DNA of 64,000 nucleotides from Felis catus (GCF_018350175.1 NC_058368.1:98334001-98398000), one strand, 5' to 3'; shown: positions 12,658 to 25,196, counted from the stretch's first letter. Notes: generated from the sequence alone by a model not told the origin. Numbers and translations are program-made.

Positions 12658-13279
12658 AAAGTAATTTTTATCTTAGGATTTATCATTGATATTGACATAT
12701 TTGAAATTATTTGACAAATTTGACCACATTTTAAGGCTAGATCTTTATTAAGTATAAAAAGAATATCTACATAATCTAATATAGCCTGTTGATTTATGTT
12801 TATCAATAAGTAAATCAATAAGTAATAAAAGCATTTTCTTGGATAAGTTTTTTTGACATGAAATACTACCATTTGGTAGCTTTGAGATTTTACCTGTGTA
12901 GTTTTTGGTTACTGGGCCTCAAAGTGAATACAGTAGTCCTATCTGTGTTATCTATATATCATATATTTTGTTTTCTTTCTTTTTCCATTTATTTAGACAA
13001 TGTATGAGCCTGAATTAGTGTTTTTCTTTTCTCGGATTGTCTAAATTGCTTTTAATCTTTTGCCACTATTTCAAGAATTGAGCTTGGTAACTTAATAATA
13101 TAAACTTAGGGATTTATTGCTTCTCACTGTTACATAGAATAAGACTTTGAGTAACCAGATGATATTTAACAAGACAGGTAAATTGTGATTGTTGGAAGCC
13201 TAATAATCCATGGAGTAATTTGTCAGTATTTCTTATCTAAATGATGCACTTGGAGACCAAATATAACTATTGTCACTGC

Positions 13280-13690
13280 ATAATAAAAATAGCAACCAAA
13301 TATTTAGTATTTACAATATTCTGACTACTTCTAAGCAATACATGGGATGAACTCATCTAGTCATTGCAATAATCTTTTTAAAGATTTTTTTTAATGTTTG
13401 TTTATTTTTGAGAGAGAGACAGAGAAATAGAGTGTGAGTTGGGTAGGGACAGAGGGAGAGGGAGACACAAAATCTGAAGGAAGCACCAGGCTCTGAGCTT
13501 GAACTCACAAACTGTGAGATGACCTGAGCCTAAGTCAGACATTCAACTGACCGAGCCACCCAGGCACCACAATGATTGCAATAATCTTATAATGATTTTT
13601 ACAAATAAGAAAATCAAGACACAAAATGCTTAATTAACCTGGCTAATAAAACATAGCTAGTAAGCAATAGGGCTTGGATTTTGAATCTGA
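13280..13690 (-). mobile_element. MIR remnant split by a CAN-SINE
   Basis: ttttacaaataagaaaatcaagacaca...acatagctagtaagcaatagggcttggattttgaatc MIR core. Confidence 0.65.
13377..13570 (-). mobile_element. CAN-SINE (internally deleted)
   Basis: TSD attgcaataatctt at 13363-13376 and 13575-13588. Confidence 0.93.
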
Positions 13691-13804
13691 AAAATCTTAG
13701 AGTGAATTTGTATGATGATACAAGGAATTACTCTTCTATATGGACTATGATAGGTGATTTAGCCACTGATATTTGTGGATTTTTTGGTATCACATCATTA
13801 ACAA

Positions 13805-14050
13805 TTTTTATTAGAGAATATTTCAAATACATGCAAAAATAGTGGTAATTTCTTTGTACCCATTATGCTATTTCAGTAATAACCAACACCTGTCCAATCT
13901 TGTCTCACCTGTACTCCCATTTCTACCCCTTCAAAAAATGGAATTATTTTAAATAAAACCAAAATATTATAGTATCTTATCTCTTAAAAATAGAGAACAC
14001 AGATACCATTATCATAATTAAAAATTGTTAATATCATTTCATGTTTAGTC
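13805..14050 (-). mobile_element. L1MC4/5-like 3' end remnant
   Basis: atttcaaatacatgcaaaaatag, ccaatcttgtctcacct, attattttaaataaaacc, ataccattatcat. Confidence 0.6.
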
Positions 14051-15232
14051 ATTTATATCACATATATTTTGAGTTGCATGGAATCTTTCCCAAGCCTTGC
14101 AAACTAATATGAAATTATAATTTATAGTATTTCTGGAAAAATCCAGTAAAGGTGTATTTTTCTAAGACTGTAACTTCTAGAGCCTGGCCCAGTACCTGGC
14201 AATAGCAAGACATTCATGGAATACGTGTTGACCTCACCTTGTTTAAAACATGGAACAAAGATGTCAACTGTTGGTTTTCCTTCTCTTTTAATTGCCCTGT
14301 TTAATATGTAACCACATATTTTATATGTTTTTTAATACTAAAATCCATATTACATCCATTATTGAAAGTATAATTAATAACACTTTTTCCTATTAATTGT
14401 TAAGGACTTCTTCATAGTATTATGAACACCATCAGTATCATTGAAATGCTGTGTATTTGCCATCACCAACTCCTCTGACAACTTCCACCTCTGTTTCACC
14501 TTCTGGAACATTGAGATTCTTTGTGCTTTCAATAGAACAGTTTGGGGAAGACTGACTTCTTAGCAGAAATGAAACACTATTATAGAGTGCAGGTTTGTTA
14601 AGAAGCCTCCTGTACTTCAAAATGATGTGACAGGTGTGCTGAACTAAAAGTCATCCACTCTTTAGTTCACTTACAGTAAGCTCCTGTGATTCCCCAGAGA
14701 CAAGGTGCTATGAATATTATTTCACTATAGTGGCAAATACAAAGGAAAATAAAATTTAGGGGTGAGGGACTCATAGAATTTCTAAACTTCTGGATGTGTT
14801 ATTTGCACCTCAAGTTTTCCACTAGAATGAGCCAACGTCAAGTATATTACTTGGAAGAACCTGATAAAAGCTGTTTATTAGAATGAGTAGAAGGAAATGG
14901 GGAAAGAGGACCCACAGGAATTAACTTCCTAGCACATGTCATGCCTCAGGCAATTGACTTTTAGGTCACTGAATCTTCAAGACAACCCTAGGAGGAAGAT
15001 GGGATCCCCATTTGAAGGATATGGAAACAGATTTAGATCAAGTTACATATGTGCAGCGACAACGCCTGATGCAGGTGTTTCCACTGTAAAAGTTTTGAGT
15101 TTACCATCATACCATTTTTAACCCCAAAGACATCATATTACCCTTTTATATAAACAAAATAAGATATAGAAGGGTACTTTAGGGTATGATAATGTATTTT
15201 GTATCATTGGGAAAAAATTATTATTTTTTTTA

Positions 15233-15367
15233 TGGTTGGAAGTGGTTTATTATAAGTAACAAAAGATGTAACTGGGTTGACAAGAGTTACAGATTACAAG
15301 AGTTGTAGGAGCTCAGTCCCAGGAACCAGGAACAAAGATGAAATACATATTTGTTATAATATTACAA
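15233..15367 (-). mobile_element. MER21-like LTR fragment, inside a transduced insert
   Basis: aggagctcagtcccaggaaccaggaacaaagatgaaatacatatttgttataatattaca. Confidence 0.6.
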
Positions 15368-15495
15368 CTTCTATTAAATTGGTTATACAGATTAATTGTC
15401 CCAAATATCTGTGGAATCCACCCCTCCATTTCTGTTCTTCCACCACCATGTTGTTTTGGGTTCTTACCTTTCATCTAGGTCATTGCACTAGCCAT

Positions 15496-15498
15496 GTT

Positions 15499-15537
<39 letters not shown>

Positions 15538-15600
15538 TTACCATTTTCTTTTTAATTTACATCCAAGTTAGTGTATGGTGCAACAATGATTTCAGGAGTA
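15496..15600 (-). mobile_element. (TTTA)n tail and about 55 bp terminal stub of an L1
   Basis: ttttaatttacatccaagttagtgtatggtgcaacaatgatttcaggagta matches the L1 terminus at 6800-6855. Confidence 0.85.
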
Positions 15601-16249
15601 TGTTTCTTTTTTTGTTTTTCAATATATGAAGTTTATTGTCAAGTTGGTTTCCATACAACACCCAGTGCTCATCCCAAAAGGTGCCCTCCTCAATACCCAT
15701 CACCCACCCTCCCTTCCCTCCCACCCCCATCAACCCTCAGTTTGTTCTCAGTTTTTAAGAGTCTCTTATGCTTTGGGAATGCAAATTGGTGAAGCCACTC
15801 TGGAAAACAGTGTGGAGGTTCCTCAGAAAATTAAAAATAGACCTACCCTATGACCCAGCAATAGCACTGCTAGGAATTTACCCAAGGGATACAGGAGTAC
15901 TGATACATAGGGCCACTTGTACCCCAATGTTTATAGCAGCACTCTCAACAATAGCCAAATTATGGAAAGAGCCTAAATGTCCATCAACTGATGAATGGAT
16001 AAAAAAAATTGTGGTTTATATACACAATGGAATACTACGTGGCAATGAGAAAGAATGAAATATGGCCCTTTGTAGCAACATGGATGGAACTGGAGAGTGT
16101 GATGCTAAGTGAAATAAGCCATACAGAGACAGACAGATACCATATATACCATATGTTTTCACTCTTATGTGGATCCTGAGAAACTTAACAGAAACCCATG
16201 GGGGAGGGGAAGGAAAAAAAAAAAGAGGTTAGAGTGGAAGAGAGCTAAA
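15601..16249 (-). mobile_element. Young L1_Fc-type 3' end with twin-priming 5' inversion (inverted part about 15775-16249 reads on +)
   Basis: Minus part ends agagtctcttatgctttgg; plus part ends gagtggaagagagctaaa, and the two are contiguous in L1 sense; ORF2p C-terminus ORF 15768-16058. Confidence 0.93.
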
Positions 16250-16259
16250 AATTATTTTT

Positions 16260-17400
16260 CAATTCACTGGATTGGTGCAATTGTCCATTCACTTGGAAGA
16301 AGATAAACTTTGTCCGTATTTCACATGATCAAAAAAATTACTAAAAGTAGACCAAAACAGAAACTATAAATTCTGTAGTAGGGAAAGCTTTTCCATCCAT
16401 GACATAAACCTCAAAAACCATAAGGGGTGAGATGGACAGATTTGGGCACATTAGCATTAAAAACATTGAATGGTTAAAGACGGTTTAACAAAGTTAGAAG
16501 GGAAAATGGGTAGAAACATTTAGAAGGTAATTGAATAGGAAAAAGTGTAATACTTTCACTATATAGAAAAAGTGCAACAAAATATATGACAAAAAAAACC
16601 CTCAACAGCCTAGACCAAAAGTAGACAATAGTTAAAGAGTAACAGTTCATGTTTGAATTGGAGTGACTAAAAAACATCTGGGGTGCCTGAGTGGCTCAGT
16701 CATGATCTCAAGGTTCATGGGATGGAGCCCCATGTTGGGCTCTGTGCTCACAGCATGGAGCCTGCTTGGGATTCTCTCTCTCCCACTCTCCTACCCCTCC
16801 CCCACTTGTGCACTCTCACTCTCTCTCTCTCAAAATAAATAACCATTAAAAATTTTAAAAATCTTATAAAAATAAACACTATAAAATGCAAATCAAAATG
16901 ACAGCTTTTTTTCTATCAAAAATGCATAAATCCACTTAAGCATTATTGACATCAGTTTTGGGGGATTAATGCAATGGAACGCTACTCATATGGAAATGAC
17001 ATATATGTTTATATGCTGACTTGTAAAGATAGCTTATAATAAAGGCTTTATAACAAAGCATGTTGTAAAATTCCATTCTTTTGGTAGAAAACTAAACAAA
17101 ATTAGCTGTGTCCATATGTTTGTGTGTTTATTCTCATCTTTCTAAGTTTCTAGCTATGACATTAAACACAAAATGTGTTGATATATAAATACATAGATGT
17201 ATGGATAGAATAAGGTATTGATATTTCTAAATACCAATACTAAATACTAAATAACACTGGAGAAAGGAAAGAGGAATTTTTTTTTCTTACTTTTATATAC
17301 ATTTAAAACATGAAAGAATAATTGGATTATAAGTGATTTCTCTTTTAACTTGTTAATGTAATCCTCTTGTATAATCGGAAGAAATTAACATTAATACAGT
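16260..17400 (+). mobile_element. Ancient L1M ORF2/3' remnant, host of the 15223-16246 insert (left part about 15150-15222)
   Basis: Degenerate ORF2 motifs: tttagggtatgataa..tcattgggaaaa | ttcaattcactggattggtgcaattg, atgacataaacctcaaaaaccataa. Confidence 0.6.
16680..16870 (+). mobile_element. CAN-SINE with internal head deletion
   Basis: ggggtgcctgagtggctcagtc joined directly to atgatctc. Confidence 0.92.
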
Positions 17401-17418
17401 GATTTCAAATTTCTTTTT

Positions 17419-17650
17419 AAAAAATGTTTATTTATTTTGAGAGACAGAGAGTAAGCAAGCACAAGCAGGGGAGGGGCAGAGAGAGAGGGAGGGAGAGAGA
17501 GAATCCCAGGCAGATTCTGCACTGTTAGCGTGGAGCCCCCCCCACCCCTCACCCCCTGAACTTGGGGCTGGATCTCACAAACCACAAGATCATGACCTGA
17601 GCTGAAATCAAGAGTCTGATGCTTAGCTGAATGAGGCATTCAGGTGACCC
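17419..17650 (-). mobile_element. CAN-SINE with C-rich internal expansion
   Basis: TSD tcaaatttctttt (17406) / tcaaatgtctttt (17651). Confidence 0.93.
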
Positions 17651-17740
17651 TCAAATGTCTTTTGTAAATTGTGAAATATAGACTTCTGGAATTTTAGCTG
17701 TATTATATATTGTATATTGCTTGGGCTTATAAAAAAAACT

Positions 17741-17956
17741 CTTTTAAAATGTTTATTTTTGAGAGAGAGAGAGAAGAGAGAGACAGAGCATGAGTGGGGG
17801 GAGAGGCAGAGAGAGAGGGAGACACAGATTCTGAAGCAGTTTCTAGGCTCCGAGCTGTCAGCACAGAGCCCAAACCAGGGCTTGAACCCACCAACGGCGA
17901 GATCATGACCGGAGCTGAAGTCGGACACTTAACCAACTGAGCCACTCAGGCACCCC
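17741..17956 (-). mobile_element. CAN-SINE
   Basis: Full body, ends ccactcaggcacccc. Confidence 0.95.
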
Positions 17957-18449
17957 TAAAAAATATCTCCAAAAATTATCATACTCTTTACTTACAGTGG
18001 GGAAAAAATAGCAAACTGAAACATAAATACTAATGCCTTAAACATAGCATACATCTGTAAAACAATAAGGGTATATACCCTATCAAACATGAGAAAATGC
18101 ACCCAAATGAATGTTAAAGCATGGAAATACAAACTTCAGCCTACCAAGCATGCATGAACTCAGCTCGCATCCGTTTGTGTATGTATAATTTTACGTTGGT
18201 CACTGATAAGAACTGGGATAATTGCACATGTGTAGAAAAAGGTCTTGAAGGATAAATGCAAACTAAGAACAGTGCTTCTTTGTGGAGAGGAAAGGTGACT
18301 GGTATTAAGGTAGAGCTAAAGGAACTTAATTACCTTATTTGTAGTTGCATTTAATGAAGAAAATGTATTCATATATTAATTTGTATAATTCAAATTGCGG
18401 AATAAATAATACATTTGAAAGGTTTTTGAGGGTGATAGATCTCTCTTTC

Positions 18450-19160
18450 AGCCATGGGCAATTCCTGGGAAGGACTAAGTACTGACACCTGTCAGTAGGC
18501 CGTCCTCACAAAAGCAGGGACTTAGCTTTAAAGCCCTGCATGGGGGGATCTGAACGGGAGAACGCAGTGTTTGTTACAGTTTGTCCGCTTCTTCTCTGTG
18601 CAGCTACTCCAGCATTCTGGTGGGCCTCTTTTCCTGGTGGAGATGTCTAAGAGAGAGGTCAGTGGTACAAACTATAATCCTCACAACTGAAGACTCAGGC
18701 CTGCGAGTGGTAAGTAACATCTTCCTCTATTGACATTCTAGATTGCCCTCACTCTCAGAACTTTGCTGTCTTAAGTGGTTTACTCGGTGGAGTGATCTAG
18801 ACCCTCTACACTGAGGGCTCTGAGTTCTTGTCACATCCTTCTCAGGCTTTTGAGCTTTTCCATTTTACTTAAAAATGAAAAGAGGAATACCAAGAGATAC
18901 TCAAATGGTTCACTTTGGTGCCCCAAAATGGCTCCCCGCCCTCCTCAGGTGACAGAAGCTGTAACTTCTTCTGATAAGAGCCAGTGGTTCCTGCCAGCAT
19001 GATTATTCTTGCTCTTGCCCCCTAATCCCTTGGCACTGAGACCCCAACAGACGAGGGAGGTAGCTGTAACTTAAGGATCGGTGGGATTCTTGCTGTATCG
19101 TAATGCTCCTTTAAGAACCAATACTTGTAAACCTACAAAGCTCAGGACTGTCAATGCCCA
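18450..19160 (-). mobile_element. LTR16-like LTR fragment with ERV3-16A3/ERVL-type internal remnant
   Basis: gggcaattcctgggaagg...ggggggatctg...ttaca LTR end, then internal motifs tcctgccagcatg, cccttggcactgag, tgggattcttgctgt. Confidence 0.6.
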
Positions 19161-19269
19161 GATATTGAGAGTTATAGGTTTATGTGCACTATTGTGTGTT
19201 TACATAAACATATATATATGAATATGATTTTATATCTATGTAACTTTGCAAATAGATTACATATAAAAA

Positions 19270-20660
19270 TTATATATACACATATCTCTATAGCTCCCTG
19301 TATTTCCTCACTCTGTTTGCTGAAAGACCATGAACTGTGACACTCTATTAGTAATGTATACACCAAACACTTGGATTTGATTTCTAGAAATAATCTTCCA
19401 CTAAAAGGAACCAAGGCTCCTTGGATTATAGAGCTGGAGCCGGTGAGCATATAACAGGGGTATTAAGATTAGCATATAATGTTATGCATAAAATAATTAA
19501 ATGGTTAAAGGCTGATTGAAACATGGCAAAAAAAAAAAAACAAAAGCAAAAACACAGATGTAAGTTTGAAGGAGCTCACCAACCGTATGACAGTTTAAAT
19601 ATCAAAATAGATAATGAGAGTATGAGATTGTTACTTAATGAATAAAAGAGAAATCCACCACTCCACACTTGTATAAGTAGATAAATAAGGAAGAAGGAAA
19701 AGGACTTCAGAGTAGATTATCAATGATAGATAAAGAAGAAATGATGAAATACACAATCATTGTTTAGCAACTAGCACCTGGGTAGTAGGCACAGGTGAGA
19801 ACCATCAATTAAAGGCTTGCCTGTAGGGGTTTGATGAGGAACAGAATATCGATGTAATCAAAATACCTCCCCATGAGATAGTAATCAAAATACCTCCCCA
19901 TACAATAGTAACCATAACAAGGGGAGGAAGCTTTACTACAGTGCATGATGCTGAGAACAGCACTGCCATCCAACTCTGGGACCTCAACTTCTGTGATAGT
20001 ATTTCTTTATCCTTTCTGGCCCAGCCATCTGGTGCAAAAGTGGGTTTCCATTGAAGAAACTGGCAGAAACCAGGTGATAATTTGAATATTACCAGTGGTG
20101 GGACATTACCCGAGTGTGCCTCTTGATGCGATGCTCAGTCTTGTCATGAGGAAATGTCAGACACCAAGGGCTATCCTATAGCATGAAAGCCTTGAAGCCC
20201 CTCAAGCGCTGGCGAAATGAGGAGAAACTAATCAGATTGCAGGAATCTGATGAGACATGTCGGCTAAATGCAGTATTGTTGGGTAGGTTGCTGGAACTTA
20301 GTGGTTAAAGAGATATTATTAGGTTATGTTAAATTTTGGGATCTATGTGTTGGGTCAATGTTGTTAGCACTGTTATTTAACTGAATAAAAAGGGTGTGTG
20401 GTCATAACATATGGAGGTTTCTTTATTTTTGGAGAAAACACTACAGTATTTAGAGGTGATAGGGCATCCCATCCAACAGAAAAAAAAAAGTCCATATATA
20501 CAGAGAGAGAATGGGAAGGTAATGAGGCAAATGCAGTGAACCATTAACAATTGGGGATTTAGGTAAAGAGGACATGGGGGTTGCTTTTACTATTCTTGCA
20601 ATTTATTATGTATGTTGACCATTATTTCAAAATTTAAAACATAAAATTTCAAAAAAAAAT
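19270..20660 (+). mobile_element. L1MC3/4-like 3'UTR remnant
   Basis: ccactaaaaggaaccaaggctccttgga, tgatgaggaacagaatat..tacctcccca, tactattcttgcaatt. Confidence 0.7.
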
Positions 20661-21004
20661 TTTGCCTAAGATTTACTATTATATCAGAAGAATCCTTTTC
20701 CCCGAGTAGCTTTTTTTCTAATATTGTACATTGTACTTAAAGACTATAGCATGTGCATAATCTTTGGTAAAGAGTTAAACCTAAAGAAATTTAAAAAATC
20801 TGTTAGTGCTATGAATTAAATATTTCAGGAAATGGTTCTTTCATTAAATCGATGTGGTAGGTGGTGCTAATGGCCATTTTCTAACACTGAATACAAAGAG
20901 ACCAAAAGGCTAAAGGAAGCTGGCATGAAAGCCAAAGCAAACCAAACATTCTAATATACTCTTGATTTTCTCTGGAAGCCACATGTTTTCAATCTAGATT
21001 CAAG

Positions 21005-21640
21005 TTTTTATTTTACTGACTTATAGTTGATGTACAGTATTATATTAGTTTCAGGTATACAGCATAATTCAATATTTTTAGGCATTACAAACTTAGGAGT
21101 CTAGTTGCCATCTGTCACCCTACAAAGTTATTACAATATTATTGACTATATTCCCTGTGTTGTACATTGCATCTCCACGATGTACTTATTTTTTTAATTT
21201 TTTAAATGTTTATTTATTTATTTATTTTTTTGAGAGTGAGAGAGACAGAGCACAAGTGGGATAGGAACAGAGAGAGAGAGGGAGACACAGAATCCGAAAC
21301 AGTCTCCAGGCTCCGAGCTGTCAGCACAGAGCCTGAAGCGGGACTCAAACTCACGGACTGTGAGATCATGATCTGAGCCGAAGTTGGTTGCCTAACCAAC
21401 TGAGCCACCCAGATGACCCTACAACGTACTTATTTTTTAAGTACTTATTTTTTAAGAAGTTTGCACCTCTTAATCTCCTTCGCCTCTTACTCCCATCCCT
21501 CCACTTCCCTCCCTGCTGGGGACCACCAGGTTGTTCTACCTATGAATCTTTCTCTGTTTTGATGGTTTCATTTTTGAGATCCTGCGTATGAGTGAAATGG
21601 CATAGTATTTGTCCTTCTCTGATTTATTTCACTCAGCATA
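21005..21640 (-). mobile_element. Older L1 (L1MA/L1_Carn-like) 3' end split by a SINE
   Basis: atagttgatgtacagtattatattagtttcaggtatacagcata ... tatttgtccttctctgatttatttcactcagcata. Confidence 0.8.
21191..21419 (-). mobile_element. CAN-SINE
   Basis: Full body; TSD core gtacttatttttt on both sides. Confidence 0.95.
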
Positions 21641-22672
21641 GATTAAAAGTACTAAACTCTTTTTTTTCTTTTTACTGCTTTCCTGTATGTTTACTTTGTA
21701 CAAAAACTCTTCATTTTTTCCCCAGTGTTCTTTATAGCTTTTTCTGGGAGAGAGCTCTGTAACTTTAGTATGTATTTATAGTTGTGAAATAGCTCTTCTC
21801 TCCTTAATCCTTTTGTTTACTCCCATAAATGAGTCATTGACGTTTCCCAACAGTTACTGGGAAACAGAGGCCTGCTTCTTGTTAATGTCACAAGTAGTCT
21901 TTTCCTGGAAGTGAACATGTGAGCAAACCTAAGTCCAAAAGGAATTTAGTAAGTATCTCTTTCAGACCAACAGTAAGTAATGTTTTCTTAGAGAATATCA
22001 TGTATTCTTGGTTTTTTATTTTTAAATGTGCTTGTATAAATCCCACTGAAGAAAACTCAGACCCTCTGGCTATCTCTACTTTAATACAGTATTTTAAAAT
22101 ATAGCTTCAGTTAAAGGGAAATGTCGAGTTTTCACTTAGTACTTCCTAAACCAGATTTCATTCACTGTTAGTTCAGGTATTTAGTTCTAGTTCCTATTTC
22201 AAAGCCCAAATGATCATACTTACAGTATACTGACTTCTGTGGGAATGTATGTCTTTTGTCAATTTGCTTGCTAATTAGACTACATTTTTTTTTTTTTACT
22301 GGATCCTACTAGCTTCTTTATCAAAGGCACTCTGAATCCTAATACTTGGCTTCCCTAGCCCTTCCTTTTCCCTATCTTGAATCTTTTATCTTGCTCTCCT
22401 GCTGGGTGAGTGGTATTAACTATATGAAATTACCTACTTAGATCTCATTAGTTTTAATCTCTCCCAAACTGTCTGTGGCAGGTGGGGAGTAAGAAAGCTG
22501 GGAAGAAAAGGACTCTGCTTCCCTTCCCAGCATGATCCGGAAAACCAATGCTCTTCCTGTTCCTTCTGTGCTGTTGTATCTATCTTTGTAGCATGTCATT
22601 TAAAAAAGGTCATGGTGAGATCTCAGATAGGAAAAATGAAAAAAGACACTAATTTTTCTGGGAAGGAAACAT

Positions 22673-22673
22673 A

Positions 22674-22709
<36 letters not shown>
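22673..22709. repeat. (CA)n microsatellite
   Basis: Direct reading. Confidence 0.95.
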
Positions 22710-22712
<3 letters not shown>

Positions 22713-23269
22713 AAAAGTGGTCTTTTTTTTTTTAAACCTCATTACTTTGTGTGATAATCGGTTTAGGAAGAGAATTGAGATTTGCTCCAGGCAGGTGATA
22801 TTCTGCAGGTAAGCCAATATTCTTTTCCTCGGAGGCTGTCTTTGTTCATGTGCAGCTTGAGACGACTCTTGCTCAGGACTTTGACCTCAACTTTGTAGTT
22901 TCACTGACCCTACATTGTTTCATTTGCAAGTATAAAACACCTTCTTTGTAAGTTTTCTGGAATGCATACATATTTTTTGATAGTTGTTTTTCTTAAAATG
23001 TTACTTGTCTTCAAACAGTTTTGATATTGCCCCCCCTCACCGTGAGTAGATATGCAATTCTGACCCTCAGGGTGTATCAAGGAGGGAGCGTCAATGCAGA
23101 GATTTAGTGATGAGAGTGGGTATAGAGCCCTCACTGCGGAATGTGCCAGACTCATTTTCCCTAAGTTTTCTAGGTACCTTAGAGGACAGGCTTTGTCATC
23201 TTTTTCATGGACTTGGAAATGAGGTCCTTAGAGGTTAAGTAACATAGTAAGGCTGCCATTGTTCTCTCA

Positions 23270-23772
23270 GCTTAGAATGTCCTCACTTCTCAAGCATGAC
23301 CCTTGTTTGTTCAGTGTTGAGGCTCCCGTTCAAGGTCCCACTTTCCTGGCTCCATCAAAATAATTCCACTTGCTTCCTGAGCTCCAGATACTCATGGTGA
23401 CATTATTTCCTTCATAGCGTTTATCACCTCTTTTTTTAAATTTTTTAAAATGTTTTTATTTATTTTTGAGACAGAGAGAGACAGAGTGCCAGCAGGGGAG
23501 GGGCAAAGAGAGAGGGAGACACAGAATCTGAAGCAGGCTCCAGGTTCTGAGCTGTCAGCACAGAGCCTGATGAGGGGCTTGAACCTGTGAACCTTGAGAT
23601 CATGACCTGAGCCGAAGTCGGACGCTCAACCAACTGAGCTACCCAGGCGCCCCAATCACCTCTGACTTTTTTGAGCTTCAAGACAGAATAAAATTTGCTT
23701 GTCCTCTTGACTGTTGTATTCCCAGCTTGTAACATGGTGCGTCAGATGGCTGTTTTGGGTTGAATGAATGAA
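23270..23772 (+). mobile_element. L2 3' end split by a SINE
   Basis: ttcatagcgtttatcac..., ctgttgtattcccagc..., ends gttgaatgaatgaa. Confidence 0.65.
23432..23653 (-). mobile_element. CAN-SINE (well preserved)
   Basis: TSD atcacctct at 23423-23431 and 23655-23663. Confidence 0.96.
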
Positions 23773-24900
23773 CACACTCAGGTTGCATTCATCTTAGGCC
23801 CTAGTTTACAAGGCAGCCATGAGCCCTCTGCAGGAGTGTCAGGGCAACTACTTCAACAGACTTCCCCTAATTGTTGTGCCGAAGATTTGTTTTTTCTGAA
23901 TAAACCCTGAGGAATCAGATTCTGACATACTTTGAATACTGTGGACAATGTCTCCAACCCATTGATGAATCTCAGATGGGTCTGTTCTTGGCCTGCAGGT
24001 AGATTCTTAGCAAAATCCTGCTTCCTATTCATGTTACTGCTTAAGCACAATGTTCAGTCTCTTGTGATGTTAATATTGTATAATTCTTCTGTTCGTACTG
24101 TTGCCAGTAAGCATGTGCATAACATCAAAGGAATGCTGTTATGGATGATTATGGTCAAAAGGTAAAATCTTTGGCCACAAAAGGAAAGTTTCTCTTGGGG
24201 ACATAAACTGATCCAATACAGGAGGAACTGACATTTTCATTCCTGTGACACTGAAAACAACTGAAACAAACAACATAGATGCTTTCCACCCTTTTCAACC
24301 ACTTAGCGTAATTTGCACTTATGTGAAGGGAGTTGGATAAGACATGAAGTTCCCGTTTATATTTTATCTAATCCTTTTTTTTTCTTTTTATCCATGATTT
24401 ATAAATACCTAGGATCCCTTTTCACTTACAACACTTGTAGCTCATGATGGCATATTTGTTCAATCTTGATTATCTTGTCTCCATGTGTTTGTTGTGTGTT
24501 CTCCTTTATTTTGGGGTTGGGCAGTGAGTAAACAGAGCAAAACTTGTTTGCTAATACTCTTTATTTTATACCCTGTAACTTTCATATTTCTTTCTCACCT
24601 TGTAAATGTCTTTGGCATTATTGCTTCACCTATGGCTCTTCTTTATTGCTAAGTCTGTAAATACATAAACCTCTCTTATTCTGGAGAAACTATCTTTTTA
24701 TTATCTCTGGCTTAACTTCCCAAATGCTGTTTTATTATCTACATTGTTCAGTGAAATAAAATCTAAGTCTTGGGGGATCTGACAGAGACATCGTATGCAT
24801 TGAGTTGAATTGCACCTGAAAACTGGGTGGATGAATTTCCTGATGAAGTGGAATAGCACTCAGTAGTAAATAGGATAATATGCTATTAGGAATAACCTCA

Positions 24901-25105
24901 GGGCACCTGGGTGACACAGTCAATTGAGTGTCTGACTGTTGATTTCAGCTCAGGTCATGATCTCATGGTTCATGGGTTTGAGCCCTCCGTGTTGACAGTG
25001 CGGAGCCTGCTTGGGATTCTCTCTCTCCCACTCTCTCTGCCCCTCCCCTCCTCATTCTCTCTTTCTCAAAATAATTACATTAAAAAAAAAAAACAAAAAA
25101 AAGAA
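24901..25105 (+). mobile_element. CAN-SINE
   Basis: gggcacctgggtgacacag head, CT tract, A tail; TSD-like ataacctca / atgacctca. Confidence 0.93.
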
Positions 25106-25196
25106 ACAGCATGACCTCAGGATAAATTTCAAACAAAAAAGAATGCTGAAGAATTGTAAAAATGATTGCCTTTCTACTTAAAAAATTCTTCCTTGT

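Noticed and set aside
14438..14620. 60-aa minus-strand ORF with protein-like composition
   Set aside because: Short, unrecognised and without convincing splice sites.
15768..16058. ORF2p C-terminal peptide ORFs (also 4726-4932, 7041-7387, 7863-8213, 33220-33731)
   Set aside because: Frameshifted fragments of truncated L1 copies, not genes.
22767..22815. Strong donor CAG|gtaagc with an upstream AG
   Set aside because: Weak acceptor context and no recognisable peptide.
23460..23735. Recurrent MAQLV..SAQVMIS..GSVLTA ORFs
   Set aside because: Chance frames of the CAN-SINE consensus.
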